Part shown: positions 38,052-51,602 of the stretch, one piece after another
Layout: every line of letters starts with the position of its first letter
How positions within the stretch are numbered: position 1 is the stretch's first letter
NCBI RefSeq assembly: GCF_000143415.4
Contig: NW_003314268.1
Span: forward strand, 3,844,039-3,908,038
Direction of reading: 5' to 3'
DNA length: 64,000 bases
Source of the DNA: Selaginella moellendorffii
Taxonomy: Eukaryota; Plantae; Lycopodiophyta
Notes under the pieces: model-generated
What the model was told of the DNA's origin: nothing
Database searches by the model: none
Seen by the model: the letters and a program-made list of their open reading frames with translations, nothing else
Position numbers and translations under genes: made by a program

Positions 38052-41000
38052 TGTTAGACACCAGCTTTGACCACGTGGTCAATATCGGTCAAAGGGAGGC
38101 TCAAGGGTATATTAAGGCATGTTAGGGTAAGGGACTCAACCCTACCCTAGGGCTCACAGTGGAGTGGCGGTGCAGTGGAGCTTTTGAGGTAGTTCGGGGG
38201 TGGTTGGGTGGTGAGGAACCTCAAGAGGTGGCATAGCATAGTCTAGGGCAACTAAATCTCTGTCTTTTTGTGTTGGTTCATAAGATTGGTATCAGAGGAG
38301 TTGGTTGCGATGGCCAACGAAATTGAACATTGGAATCCTATTGTCAATGGTGGTGCCGACAATGGTGCTGACGAAGCTACAGAGATTTGGACCATTCAAG
38401 ATGTGGTTCATGAGTTGTGAGCCCTTAATTGAAATCAACAAGAGATGCAAGACAAGATGCATGGCATGATGGATACCATGCATGGGCGGGTTGAGGCACT
38501 CGAGGCTGGACGAGGTAGCACTACAAGTAAACCTTCTTTGGTAGATCAACTCAAGATTCCAACCTTTTCCGGTGATGGTGGTGTGGACAAGTGTCTCACT
38601 TGGCTAGCCAATGTGAAGAAGTTCTTGGCTGCTAGGGGAACTCCAGATGCAGAGGCTTTAGTGGCTATTCTAATGGTTTTGCGTGATGCGGGTCTTTGAT
38701 GGTGGAATTGGTTTAAGGAGTCTTGTGTTGCAGATAAGAAACCATTAGTGTCTACCATGGATGAGTTTGAGTCTGCTTTCTATTTACGTTTTGCCCCTCA
38801 TTACGACGCGGTGAATTCTTGTACAGAACTTTGACATTTCCAGCAAGGGAAAATGATGCTCGGGGACTATATTGAGAAGCTTACTCGCTTGATTAGTCGT
38901 GTTCCAACGAAGAATCCAGATTAGAACAAGTCCTATTTCATTGATGGCCTACATAGTGAGAGCATGCAGCAACACTTGTGTCATTTTCAACCTACAACAA
39001 GTTTGGAGGAGCTCTTTGATGCGGCTTGTTAACTTGACAATGATAAACACAAGTCTCGCAAGCGTTTGCGGAGTCCTTCTGTCGAGAATCATCGTGATGA
39101 TCACCATGGACACAAGGATGGGAACAAGCATCACAAGTTGAAGTCGATGGTGACTACTTTGGATGCAAAGGGGTCCAAAAAGCAGAAGTTCTTTGTGAAG
39201 AATTATAGACAAGGTTGTCATCATTGCAGCACTACAAGATTGATTGTTTGCAGTTGAAGAACAAGCAACAAGACAAGAAGAATGGCCAATCTACTCACAG
39301 TAAGTCAGATACTAAAAAGTTGTAAATTTTGCAGCGTAAGGATGACAAGAACGACCATTCCGGTCAGAGGAAGATACTTTCAATTGTTGCTCGTCAACTC
39401 AATTATGTGTGGAACATGGCGTTAAAGATGTGTGGTTTGGCGAGGGCATTCAACCACCAGTTGTTATGCTCTCTACTACATATTTGAAGCGGGCTTGTTG
39501 TAATAGAAAAACACTTTCGAGTTACTTGCTGTTTGTTTGTGACTTGGGGGACCAAGGCACATGTGGGGGGGAAGCAATAGTACAGGATGTACTTGATGAG
39601 TTTTCTGATGTTTTTCCATCTGAACTTCCTCATGGGTTGCCTGTGTTACGAGGTGTGGAGCATGGATTACATTGGAGCTGGGGACGTGGCCAATTTACTG
39701 GCGTCTATTTCGGTTAAGTTATGTAGAGGAGCAAGAAGTTCAACGATAAGTCAAGGAGTTAATTGAGTATGGATTTATTCAGCCAAGTAAGTCTTTGTTT
39801 GGTGCTCCAGTCTTGCTTGTGAAGAAAAAGGACGGTTCAATGTGGATGTGTATTGACTACCGCGCTTTGAAAAAGAAGACAGTGAAGGATAAGATGCCAA
39901 TGCTATGTGTGGATGATATCCTAGACAAGCTTGGTGAAGCATGAGTGTTTACCAAGATTGATTTGAGGAGTGGATATCATCAGATTGCAATGGATAATGC
40001 ATCTATCTCCAAGATGGTATTCAACATAAGCTTCAGACATTTTGAGTTTACAGTTATGCCATTTGGTTTGAAGAATGCATTAGCCACATTTACTCGATTG
40101 ATGATGAAGGTATTTGGGCGTTATCTTCATGAGTTTATGGAGATTTTCTTGTTTTTAGCAAGAATATGAAGGAGCATAAGGTGCATTTGCACAAGGTTCT
40201 TTTGTTATTCCGAGACAACAAATTTTATGCAAAGAAGAACAAATATGAGTTTGCAAAGTCGAAGGTGGAATATTTAGGCCATATTGTGACATCTAAGGGT
40301 GTCAAGATGGATCCAAGGAAGGTGGCTGTGGTAGAAAACTAGCCTACACCGACTATAGTGGCCGAGTTGTGCAGTTTTCTTGGTATGGCTAGTTACTACT
40401 GATGTTTCCAACATAAGTTTGTAGAGGTGGCTATTCTTTTGACATGGTTGTTATGCAAGAATGTTCCATTCGAGTGGAAGAAGCCACAAGAGGAGAGTTT
40501 TGTGGCATTGAAATGATTGTTGAGCGAGACTCCAATGCTTCGCATTGTTAATTCATCGAAACTTTACAAGGTGATATGCGATGTGAGTGGTCATGCAATA
40601 GGAGGAGTTCTCATGCAAGAGGGACAACCTATTGCATATGAGAGTCGAACTTTGAATTCTACGGAGCAACACTATTCCACATATGAGCAAGAGTTACTCT
40701 CTATTGTTCATGTTTTGCGGACGTGGCGACACTATCTTTATGGTGTAGTGTTTGTAGTGTTGACAGATCATAAACCCCTTGTGTATCTTTTCACATAGAA
40801 GGAGTTGAACACTAGGCAAGTTCGTTGGATGGTCAAACTCATGGAGTTTTGGGAGTTTCTTATTGAGCATTGTCTAGGAAAATCAAATGTGGTGGTAGAC
40901 GCTTTATCTTTTATTCGTCATGTGACGACGTTATAAACACGATTTTGTCATCATTTGAGTAAGGTGGTTAATGAGTTTGGGCAGTTGGTTGAGCATGCTC

Positions 41001-42481
41001 AGGCTCAGGATGTTGAGGTGGCCTCTTTGTGAGACCAAATGGAAGCCCCTTTCTCATTAATGGATGGGATTCTCTATTACAATGGTTGTGTATATTTGCC
41101 ACGGGTGGATGTGTTAATTACTCAAGTTTTATTCCACTATCATGATCGTCCAGAGGCCGGTCATTTTGGGGGGACGAAGATGTATGACTTGATTAAGCAC
41201 AATTTTTATTGGAGGAATATGAAGGCTGATATCCTCAAGTATTGTAAATCATGCGAGCTCTGTCAGCGGGTTAAGGTGCCATGGGAGAAGCCGGAGGGAC
41301 TTTTGCAACCTTTACTTATTCCTCAGAGCCGTTAGTGTAATATCTTTATGACTTCATCACTTGTTTGCCATGAACATAGAGGCAAAAGGAGCAAGTATGG
41401 GTTATAGTGGATTGGTTGACGAAGTATGTGCGATTGTTGGCTCTTCGGAAGATTGTCATTGCCTCAGACTTGGCTATGGTTTATTTGGAGGAGGTTTTTC
41501 CTGATTTTGAGATTCAAAGTTCACCAATGGATTTTAGAAAAGATTTGTAAAGGCTATACAAGTGACTTTGAAACTCTCGAGTGGAGATCATCCTTAGATG
41601 GATGGGCAAACCGAGGGTGTGAATCAGGTGGTGGAGGATATGCTACGTTGTAGCATTAGTCAAAGGCAAGGACAATGGGATTTATATCTTCCATTGGTGC
41701 AATTTGCTTACAACAATAGCCAATATAGTGGAACCAAGCTAAGTCCTTACTTTGCTATGTTTGGAAGGCATCCCCGAACAGTAGTGAAGTTGGGATTGCA
41801 TTTGACTAAGGACGTTCAAGATAAGCTTGATTCCAAGGCAACTGATTTGGCCATAGAATTTGATGAGATTCTGGTGGTGTGCAAATGAAATTTGCAAGCA
41901 GCTTAGGATAGAGTGGAGAAGTTTGCCAATGAGCATCGCCAATTCCGGGAATATAAGGTGGGTGATCTCGTCTTTGTGTGAGTGATCTTTCCATCCAATG
42001 AGTGGCAAAACACCTTAGTGCCTTTACGGACAGGGAAGAGTGATAAACTTTCCCATCAATATGCTAGTCCATATGAAGTGCTGGAGCGCATTGGTAAAGT
42101 GGCTTATCGGGTGCGACTGCCGGCTTGGGTGAAAATTCATCTAGTATTTTATGTTAGCCAGTTGAAAAGTGTACTATCTCGGAGTGACGGGCCCAATGCC
42201 TCCTTGATGTATACGGTTGTGGAAGATGGACCAAGAGCTTGAGCAAGGTTCCTCAGAAAGGGTGATCACCAGTACAACTCATCCTTGGGACAAGGACTTT
42301 GTTGGGGGGGAAGAATTGTTAAGTGCCAGCTTTGACTATGTGGTCAACATTAGTCAAAGGGAGGCTCAAGAGTATATTAAGGCATGTTAGCGTAAGGGAC
42401 TCAACGTTACCCTAGGGCTCACAGTGGAGCGGCAGCGCAGTAGAGCTTTTGAAGTAGCTCGGGGGGTGGTTTGGTGGTAAG
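38052..42481 (+). mobile_element. Decayed Ty3/Gypsy element of a second family, 3' LTR truncated
   Basis: LTR 38052-~38285, PBS TGGTATCAGAG at 38287, gag/RT (FTKIDLRSGYHQI)/RNase H/IN remnants with many stops, PPT 42304-42315, and 3' LTR from 42317 cut at ~42481. Confidence 0.9.
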
Positions 42482-43280
42482 ATGCTCTATTTCGTTAAAG
42501 TGGGATTTATTCAGTAAAATAGGACTAGGTACAAATTTTCAAGTATTTGAAAATGACGTGAAATTATATGTTTTTTGTCCAGGGGCTAGACATATCTGGG
42601 GCATGGTGACTAGCGCGGTGACTTTGTGTCCAGACTGAGTCCATCTGGTTGTATAATAAATCTCATTGTCAAGGTGAACAAGCCGAATCTGAAGCTAAAG
42701 AAGAGCGATGGCATGCGCGCACACACTATTTGTTTGTTCATTGAGCGTGTGGTGAGCTTTCCAAGATGAACGTCATTCCTATTAGCCAGACATATAACTT
42801 AATGGTGAGAACATTTAGATATTATTCAATGTTATCTTTTTCTAACGAATCTAATTGTGAAGGTGTAGCAAGAGGCATTGCTAGTCTGGAGAAGTCATTT
42901 AACTCATTTGACCCTTAGTGTATTTTCATGAAACTAAATAACATTCATATTATTAAGGAATTTCTCTAGTACCTTTTTTTTACGACATAGAGGCTTGCAT
43001 TTCTTTCAAAGGTGATTTAGTAAAAGGCCTGAGGGCACATGCCATTCTATTTCTCAGACCGGTATTAAGATATACTAGTGCAAAGGGAAAAAGGTATTTG
43101 GTGATCAAGTAAATGGCATGAGGGCACACGCCATTATAAGCCTAAGCGCTAGTGGACACCTCCTTTTTGGTGTCACGCCTCACGCTTCACGCCATCACGC
43201 CATGCCATCACGCCTCCTCTGATTCAGATTCAGATTGTTCACCTTGAAATAAAATACATTAGAAACTTAGTAAAGGAATA

Positions 43281-46200
43281 TTAATGAATCTCACCTTGAA
43301 CCCGAGTTATGAATGCTCTTGTTGCATCTCTTGCATGGTCTGGCAAGGTGATGGTGGCACTCTGCTTCCGCATCCAACCATGCACAACATTATCCACCGA
43401 TATGCTCATGCTGGGATCCCTTGGATTCAGCACCTATCTCTTTTCTAGGCAATCCTTCGTATATCCGGAACTTGGCTTGAACCACTCCACAGTTACATTG
43501 AAGGAGTTAGTTTCCACGTCCTCCTCTGCATCAGTGATGCAGTGCCCCACCCATATCATTTGTTTTTTATTACTGGGTCTGACAAGCACGACCATTCCTT
43601 TGCAGACCTGTACTGGATTGAATGCTGAATCCGGCTTCTTGTTCCTCGGCCCACAATAGTGATCCTCAACATCGTTATCTGTCATTGCATTTCCAGAGGA
43701 CATTGTTCCGCTACTATCTGGTGCTCTGGGTTCTGGCCAAAAGGACTCTTCCAATTCTTCATATACAATCGGCCCATTTTGGATAGCAGATATAATCTTC
43801 TCCCAGTATTCAAGCAAAGGCTTGCACCTCTTAAAATAGGATTCTCCACCAAACACCAACCCCTTCTTCCAGAAGGCAATATGCTATCTAATCCCGGCCA
43901 CTATACTTTCCTGGTCTTTGAGTCCATCCGGGTGCATCGGCCGTGGGGAACCCTGAGGAATCATAGGTTCCCCAGTTATGGGATCTCTCTTGAAGAGTTC
44001 AATGCCATCCACTGGCAGCCACACTGTGTCCCATTCTCTCATCTTGTACCTCATCACTGGAGCACCGTCACGCATGCTGAAATGAAACTGAAGAGGCTTG
44101 GAGTGGCCAATCAGCATTTCGGATCCGTCCCTGATGTAGCCTCTTACAAACCCCTTAAAGTCTGGAACCTCTGTCACAAGTGCAGCTTCAACAGTGCCTT
44201 TGATGCAATTTTGGAATTCATCGTAGAGTTGTGGGAGGGTGAGGACATTGGATCGCCGGAGGGACTCTGCCAGTTGACTGAACATGGCATCGACGTCTTC
44301 ATGAGTGTGCCCAACCATGAGAAAGCCAAGTGTAACCGTTTCAAATATGCCTTTGGCAACAAGCATCGCCAAGTACGCGAAGACGTACATGTTTTTGTTC
44401 TCACTGCTAGCATTGTCTGTTTGGAGCAGAAGATGGGGTGGAAGGCCACATCGGCCGCAAGAACTTCCTTGAGATTCTGCTTCATTTGGATGAGGCTGTG
44501 CATTCACCGGGCGACCAGCCTCGTCGGAATGGCATGAGGCCTCACGTGATAACCCTACAATCTGACGGCCAACATATTCACTGGGATGGCATGGGGCCCC
44601 ACGCGATACTGCAAGCCTTTGCTCCTCCTCCAGCTGAACCCTGTATGGGGTTCGATCGACAAGGGCCTTATGCAAGGGTTGGCCGTTCAGCTCAGTTTGC
44701 GCACTTTGCAGAGACCTTAAGTGTTTTACTAGGGACGCAATCATCATGTTTGCACCCCCGCCACCCCATAGAGGTACAAAGAAGTTCCCATAGTTCTGGG
44801 CACCATTCCCATGAGCGATTATGCCAAATAGAGACACAGGCAGCTGCATGGATGAAGAGATTGCCTTAGGGGCAGGATTGAGTCGAGGTAAGCACGTCTT
44901 TTTCTGGTCCATTTTGTCGTGGATGATGCAGAGGTAAGAGTCAGGTATCTCCATGGAGAGAATCCTGTTATGATAATATGCAGTCCTGCAGCTTCTCTGC
45001 TCGATGTTGTGGTCGAGCTGCCTTCTAACCAACGTCTCTCGCTCTTGAGCGCTGCAAGAATTCTTCGACAAAGCCATTTTGATAGCAGTGCACTCGTCAC
45101 ACTTTGAAAAGCTGGAGTACTTTCCTATACTCACATCCCTGAACCTATTGCTCCACAATCTACTAAATCTAGATTGGCTCAGCTTCCTGTAGCCATTACT
45201 CTGGAGTTCCCGATTCACATCTTCCAATATGGCCCCCTTGGTATACATGGAAGGGAGAACTCGTTGGGTGTCTCGTGTTCCATCTTCCAAGAGGTGGGTT
45301 TTATGTGGTTGCTGCTCGCGACATGTCTCGACAAACCTCTTGAAGATTGCCTCTCCATATACAACATGACCTCTGGTTTTGTGCATACCGTCGTTCCCAT
45401 GGACTGCCTGTTGAACCCTTTGTTCCTCGAACTCAGTTTTGATTCTGTAGAATGTGGTTCGAGGGACTCCATAAATGATTCTCCATGCCTTCATGCAGAC
45501 CAAACCCCTCTAGAAGACCATGCCCCCCACCTGATGTTCTGAAGCATCAACAGATGACCGTAATGCTTCATACACAAAATTGCGAGCTGCCTTCCAGGAC
45601 AATGTCTTGTATCTTGCTCTCTCCTCTTCAATAGCATCCCAATCAACATGTTGACAGCACCTCCTCTTGCAACAAGCAACTGTCGAGACCATTCGATCCT
45701 CCATCGCCATTTTCTGCCTTTTCGGTTCGTTGCTCAGATCCCTTTGGCTGCGCTTTAGGAAGGTGTACTTTCTTTTCCCATGAAGAGATGTTCTGTCATC
45801 AGTTGTAGTGGTGTTTGATTGTGAATCCTTCACATTCTCAAACACTAAATGCCTCAATTTCCACCGCACAATGCTTCCAATAGTCAGACTGTTTTTTTCT
45901 GTGTCAACAACCTCTAAAATCGCAACTCCAATATCATCCCAACCCAATTCTTGATTAGCAACCGCATCTCTTGGATCGACAACTGTGGCTAAGCCCTCAG
46001 CTACCACCACCCCCTCGGGGTTGTTTAGAAACACCTTTGCCTGAATCCATGTAGCACGGTTCTTAAGATCCACGGAGGGAACATGCGTCGCACTTGCGCT
46101 GTCCCCAACATCTGCTTTCTTCTGCAGATTTTTCAAGGCAACAACAACTTTTACCCCGACGACCATCTCTCCTCGTTCAATAGCGACCACATTCCCATCG

Positions 46201-46349
46201 AAGACAGTCTCTACTGATACAGCAGCATTGCCTTCCCCAAGCCTTTGACAGTGTATAACAAAGTTCCGATCCATAGACACAAGGGTCCCTTTTGCAACTC
46301 TCTTCCCACCATTCAAAATATAAACCTTTTCCTCAACCCTGAAGGCCAT
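43281..46349 (-). pseudogene. Sola-like DDD transposase, left copy (1022 codons, intronless, 3 in-frame stops)
   Basis: CCKRRC, FSKCDEC, IIHDKMDQKK, LLLQTDNASSENKN and FLMVGHTHEDVDAMFS. TAG at 45510, 43884 and 43434 are sense codons in the right copy. Confidence 0.75.
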
Positions 46350-46674
46350 TCTGAAAGTGCAGAAAAGAAGTTAAGACCATACAAAAAATGATTGGAGAAT
46401 GGCCTAAATCATAACATACCAAATAGCATGAGGCCACATGCCATTATTCAAACATGCTATTGACACCCACGTGAAATTTCGCATTCACAAAATTGGCATG
46501 AGGCCTCATGCCATCTTGATATACACACAGCTGCAGGCAAGTAAAAACATACATGACAATACGCTAGCCATGAAATTGCAAGGGCCCAAGATGGCATGTG
46601 GCCTCATGCCATTTCTAAATGTGGTCCTAAACCATTCCATGGTGAACATACCAGGAAGCACAAGTGCCGAATAT

Positions 46675-49600
46675 CACCTTGCACATGCTAGCGGCTTCCC
46701 AGAGGGGGGCAGTGGCTATGAGGAATTCCTAGAGGGAGCTAGGGAGAGGTTGTCCAGGAGGCCCACAATTTCAAAGACACTGCAGGTCTATGAAGATCAC
46801 ATGGAATCCACGGACCTCACCTACGGCGATGTTCAAAAACTATATTCCAACATTGAGCTGTTGAGAGTGCCTCCAGTTCGCAAAGCGAAGGGGAAGATGG
46901 TCGACTTGGAAACTACCCCGAAGCAGAAAAGGGTGGTCAAGCTCAAGCCGACGTCCGACTCTCCTCCAAAAAAGAAGCTACTCGGTGATGCCATTGCCTT
47001 GGGTTTGAACACTACACCCACCAAAAAGAAGAGCCGCAAAGAGCAGAAAGAGCAAGAAGAGGCAGCAAAAATCGTCGCAGATAATAGTACTTGTTACTAT
47101 TCCAACAAAGTATATACAATCGACGTGAGCCGTATCGACATCCAAAGCAAATACAACCATAGGCTAGTATCTGATGAGTGGGTGGAGAAACTGAAGCAGA
47201 AGATGCTGGCAAGTCCAGTAACACCCGACATCGCAGACGTGATCCCCTACTACCGAACAATGAAGGGCGAGACGAGGTTTCCAGACTTGATCAATAGGAA
47301 GGTGTTGGACGATCAGAACATTCGGTTCTATGCCGTCTCCGGGCAGCATTCTAGCTTGGCGATGCAAGAGATAGTTGTGGATATTATGGTGGGCGAGGAG
47401 GTGAAGAAAGTCTTCAAGACAAGAGTTGTCCGCCTGATAAAAGGCAACTCGCCCCTCCAATCTATCATATACATCTCCCACGCGCAGAATGTCAAGCAAG
47501 AAACGTGCTACAAATCGGGTCTGCACGAGACATTGGCACAAACATGGAAGCTCTGGGTTCAACTAAAGAAGCCACAAAAACCAGGACAAGGACGTGCACT
47601 AGCAACTAGCGCCTGGCAGGTAAGCCTCGTTGCATGTGGCATAGCATGTGGCCTCACGCCATTTCCATTGCAGGAATTCTCGAGTCTTCTCTCGAAAACA
47701 CTGGGGGTCAATGACACACTCAGCATCCATAACATTCTACTGGCGACAAAAGTTGTTTTTGACAAATGGGTAGATGTGCTGAGGAGGTACCATGACGGGG
47801 AGTTACTAAACTCAATGGGTGTGGAGGACGGCCGGAAGCCCAATGATTTGAAGCTCAACGCCTTGCGTTTCTCACGGTCACTAGACGACGACGAACTTCT
47901 GATAGTGGCTAATGCTCTTCTACGTGGTGAGGTAGTCTTCAACAAGACCAAAATGACTCCCGGCCATATTGTGACATACGAGGACTTGTGCACGACTCTG
48001 AGAGCTCGTGCGCTATTGAAGGATTGGATCTTCGAGCAAGTGGCCGTGGAGAGGGTGAGCATCGACACCACGCAAGAGATGATGGAAGCGCTGGATTTGT
48101 CAAATGAAGACATCGACGAGTACGTGAAGGGGGCCCCTAAGTTCATCGATCTGCTGTGGGATGCCACAAAAAGTAAAGCTGAGAAGTTGGATCAGTATCC
48201 AAATTTCATTAAGAGTGATGTCGACCGCCGGCTTCAGAAACAGCTCGACCCCGCAGCAGAGGCCTATCAAGAACCTTACCGGGTATACTTGAATTCGGAT
48301 GAGGATCAAAGGTGGAGGAGCATCATTTCCCGCGGAGATGAGCAGATCAAGAACATCTTTTGTGTGATGGACTTCACAAACGAGGAGATCACTCATGCAG
48401 ACGAAGTCAGCTCCATCTTTAACTTAATGGTGGGACTTGCGGAGGTGGAATCTTTAGTCCACTATATGATCTACGACTCCGAATCCTATCACAAGTTCTG
48501 GAAGGCCTTGAATGAGGTGAAGGCTCGGTTGAAAGGCAAAGAGATGCGGGAGATCCATGGGATAATGGCTAAGAAGAAGATACCGACGAATGTCCGCATC
48601 TTCACACTCGCCCTTGTTATTGGTCCTGCAGCAGAGTGGGACTGGAGTGACTTCCCAGCTTCGTTCGACAAGGCCAATCGAATTGATCTGAGGGAGGTCA
48701 ATTTACCCGTGCCTGAGGAACTGAAGACGGCTATGGAGCTTTCGAATCCAAAGAAAGCTCCAGGTGCAGCATGGGAAATGCTCAGCTGGGTCTTCAACGC
48801 AATAGCGGGTGGGTCACCTGCTTCCGACTCCAAGGGCAAATGCGTTGTCGAGTACAACTGCGGCGGACTATTCTTTCAAGCCGCACTACTCAAGGGTGTC
48901 CCGTGTGTTGCGGTGACAAACTCCATTGAAGAGGTGACTTCAATGGAGCATATAATTACAGTTGCCAAAGAAAAATAGTATCTTCTCTGCGAACCTGGTG
49001 AGTACGCACTTTAAGTTTAAATGTTATCTCACAAGCTCTGTATGCAGAAGCGTGGCCACCCCCAGATGCTGAAACGGCGTTAACAGCTACTGTTAAAGAT
49101 ACCCATGTTGGGCCGAGCTCACAACCTGCACAAGGTAAGGTCACATGAGGCCTCACGCCATTTTGATTATAGATCGTTGTGAATATTCAGACACGAGGAC
49201 TGAAAAGCGCACTGGTGGCACGTCGAAGAAGGACAAACAGACAAGCAATAGGAAAAAAGGAGGTACAAATTATATTTGCAATGGCATGTGGTCTCATGCC
49301 ATTCCTTGCAGGAGACACTTCTTCAAAGGCAAAACAGGCAAGCACCAGCCAAGCTCAAACTGACAGTGGTCATAAAAAGCGAAAGCACGTTGGATAGTCG
49401 TCGGGATCAGAGGCGTTTGATTCGAAAAGGAAGAAGGGCAACGAAAAGATGATAGGTAATGCCTCGCGGTTATGGCGTGTGTGCTCATGCCATTCATTGC
49501 AGATCAAGGGCTGAGTGAAAGCAGGCAGTCACCACCTCCTGACTCAGATTCCTATGGCGGACTCCCCTTCCCCAATCTCAATGGAGAGGTACAATGGATG

Positions 49601-51602
49601 AGGGATGCTTTTCAAGTCAGGGCCACGTTTTTCTCATCTCGTCGTCTTCGAAGGGTGCAAGAACGTGCAGAAACCATGTTAAGACAGTCGGGTGAGGATA
49701 CGGTCCTAGGTCACGCACTAAAAAAAGCTATGGATGTTTTGTATTTTGAGATGGAGACTTGGCCAGATGATTTTCCCAAGATGGTCCTGGAAGAACAAGC
49801 CATCCAGCCTGAGCAGCCTATGGAAGAAATGCAGGAGGGGGATGAGGAGCCAGAGAAAGATAATGAGCAGGAAGAGCAGAAGGACGAAGAGGAGGACAAA
49901 GAAGAGGAGGACGAAGAGGACTTGGATGGCCCTCACAATGGTGACGATCACAATAACGACGACGACGATGATGACGACGATGGCCAGCCTGAGGTGGCCA
50001 AAGAGCAGCGGAGGAAGGTCATACAAGACAAACCATCAGGTAAATAATAGTACATCCATTCCTAACCTTTTACCATTTCTAACATTGTCCATGTAGGTCG
50101 TAGAGCAAATGGTAAGTAGAGATTATTCAGTTGAATTAAGATACAAACTCTAGCCTTTAGTGTCGAGGAAGGATAGTGCTAAGGGTTGAAACTTATGTCC
50201 AATCCTTTAGAATCAGCAGTGCGCCCAAGTGATATCGGTCCTAGTTCCTCAATAGCAGTTGATGGTAAATACAGTATAGTCGATTCAATGTGCTAATGAG
50301 TTTGTTTTTAGTAGCACGGGAGGATACCATCTCAATCGAAGGGAGATATTTGGAGATGCATATGGATCCGCCAGTGGACTCTACTTGCCTGCAAGAGTCA
50401 TCAGAGCTGGTGGAGGCTACTATCCATATCAACGCCAAGCAAGCTGACCACGCTCCACTTGATGTTGCCCATACCACTGAGTCAATCTTGTCCACGTATC
50501 CAACTGACGGTGACCAGGTGCCATTGGACCCGCATGAGGCTGCCCCAGCCGCCGAGCCGGTCGTATCCTCATTTCCAACAGACTCAACGTGTGCCAAATC
50601 GTCTGACTACGCGCCGTTGGAACCTCCCTACACCGCCCCTGCTGCCTGTTCGGTCATGTCCACTTTGCCAATGGAGGCACCAGCTGAAATGGCGTGTGAT
50701 CACACACCATCGGAACCACCCCATGCCACTGTTGAGCCAGTTGTACCAGAGTCTACAGCTGAAATGGCATGTGCCCACACGCCATCGGATGCGATTGACC
50801 CCACATTGCAGAGGAGAGTATTTCTGCCCTTCACGTTTCCTCAACCAAAACCCTCTCAACGACCATCGGGAGCACCATTCGCTAATATTGTAGATGGTAA
50901 AATTGACTTGTACCATTTTTTATGCTGACGCATTTCATTTCAGAGTCACGGCGAAGGTACTGTATCATTTTTGATCTGAACGGTGTCCTTTTCTCCCATG
51001 AGCGTGGCTCGTCCTCGAATGTCATTGCACCCTCCAAAGCCTGCGGTCGCAAGTTGGTCAAAAGAGACAGATTCACATTAATCACACGGGAGAAACTGCG
51101 GGATCTAATAATGACCATGCGACACTTAAAACAAAGGGCCGGGTTCAATTTGCAATTGGGAGTTTGGACATCCATGATGCGCCACAATGCATTAACGTTG
51201 CTACAGATGATGCACGATCAGACGCGAGTAATATTACCATTTGACTTTCTCCTAACGCAGGAGGATTGCTTGACTATGGTCCATGTGAGGGGTAGCAAGC
51301 CCATCTTCGTCAAGCCAGAGGCTGTAGTGATGAACCGGACTGCTAGGTCAAGTGAAATCCTCATCATTGATGACTCGCTAATTAAAACTGCAGCGAACAC
51401 GCACACATATGCAGTGCACCCCATCTCTTGCAGTATGGAAACTAGGGAGAAGAAACCGTATGTTCTGGGGGACCTTGCAAAATGGCTTGGAGCGATGGTG
51501 ATAGAGAACCGGCTAGTCCAGGAGGTGGCTGCAGAAATCAACCAAATGGCAGATGGAACGGTATATCAGAAGCCATTTGATTGGACAGACACCAGTCATC
51601 AT
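46675..51602 (+). pseudogene. ORF2: spliced ParB/Srx-like + degenerate amino-methyltransferase-like + acidic linker + NIF/HAD-like gene (5' end rearranged, 3' end truncated)
   Basis: IDVSRI..NHRLVSDEWVEKLKQKM..FYAVSGQHSSLA (47326-47352); KCVVEYNCGGLFFQAALLKGVPCVAV (48835-48915); eight successive phase-1 GT-AG introns leading to CIIFDLNGVLF..LGVWTSMM..ILIIDDS; TAG at 48976 and 49395. Confidence 0.6.

Noticed and set aside
42482-42560. Defined TIR and TSD for the Sola-like element
   Set aside because: No inverted partner of this sequence is present in the window, so the terminus cannot be called.
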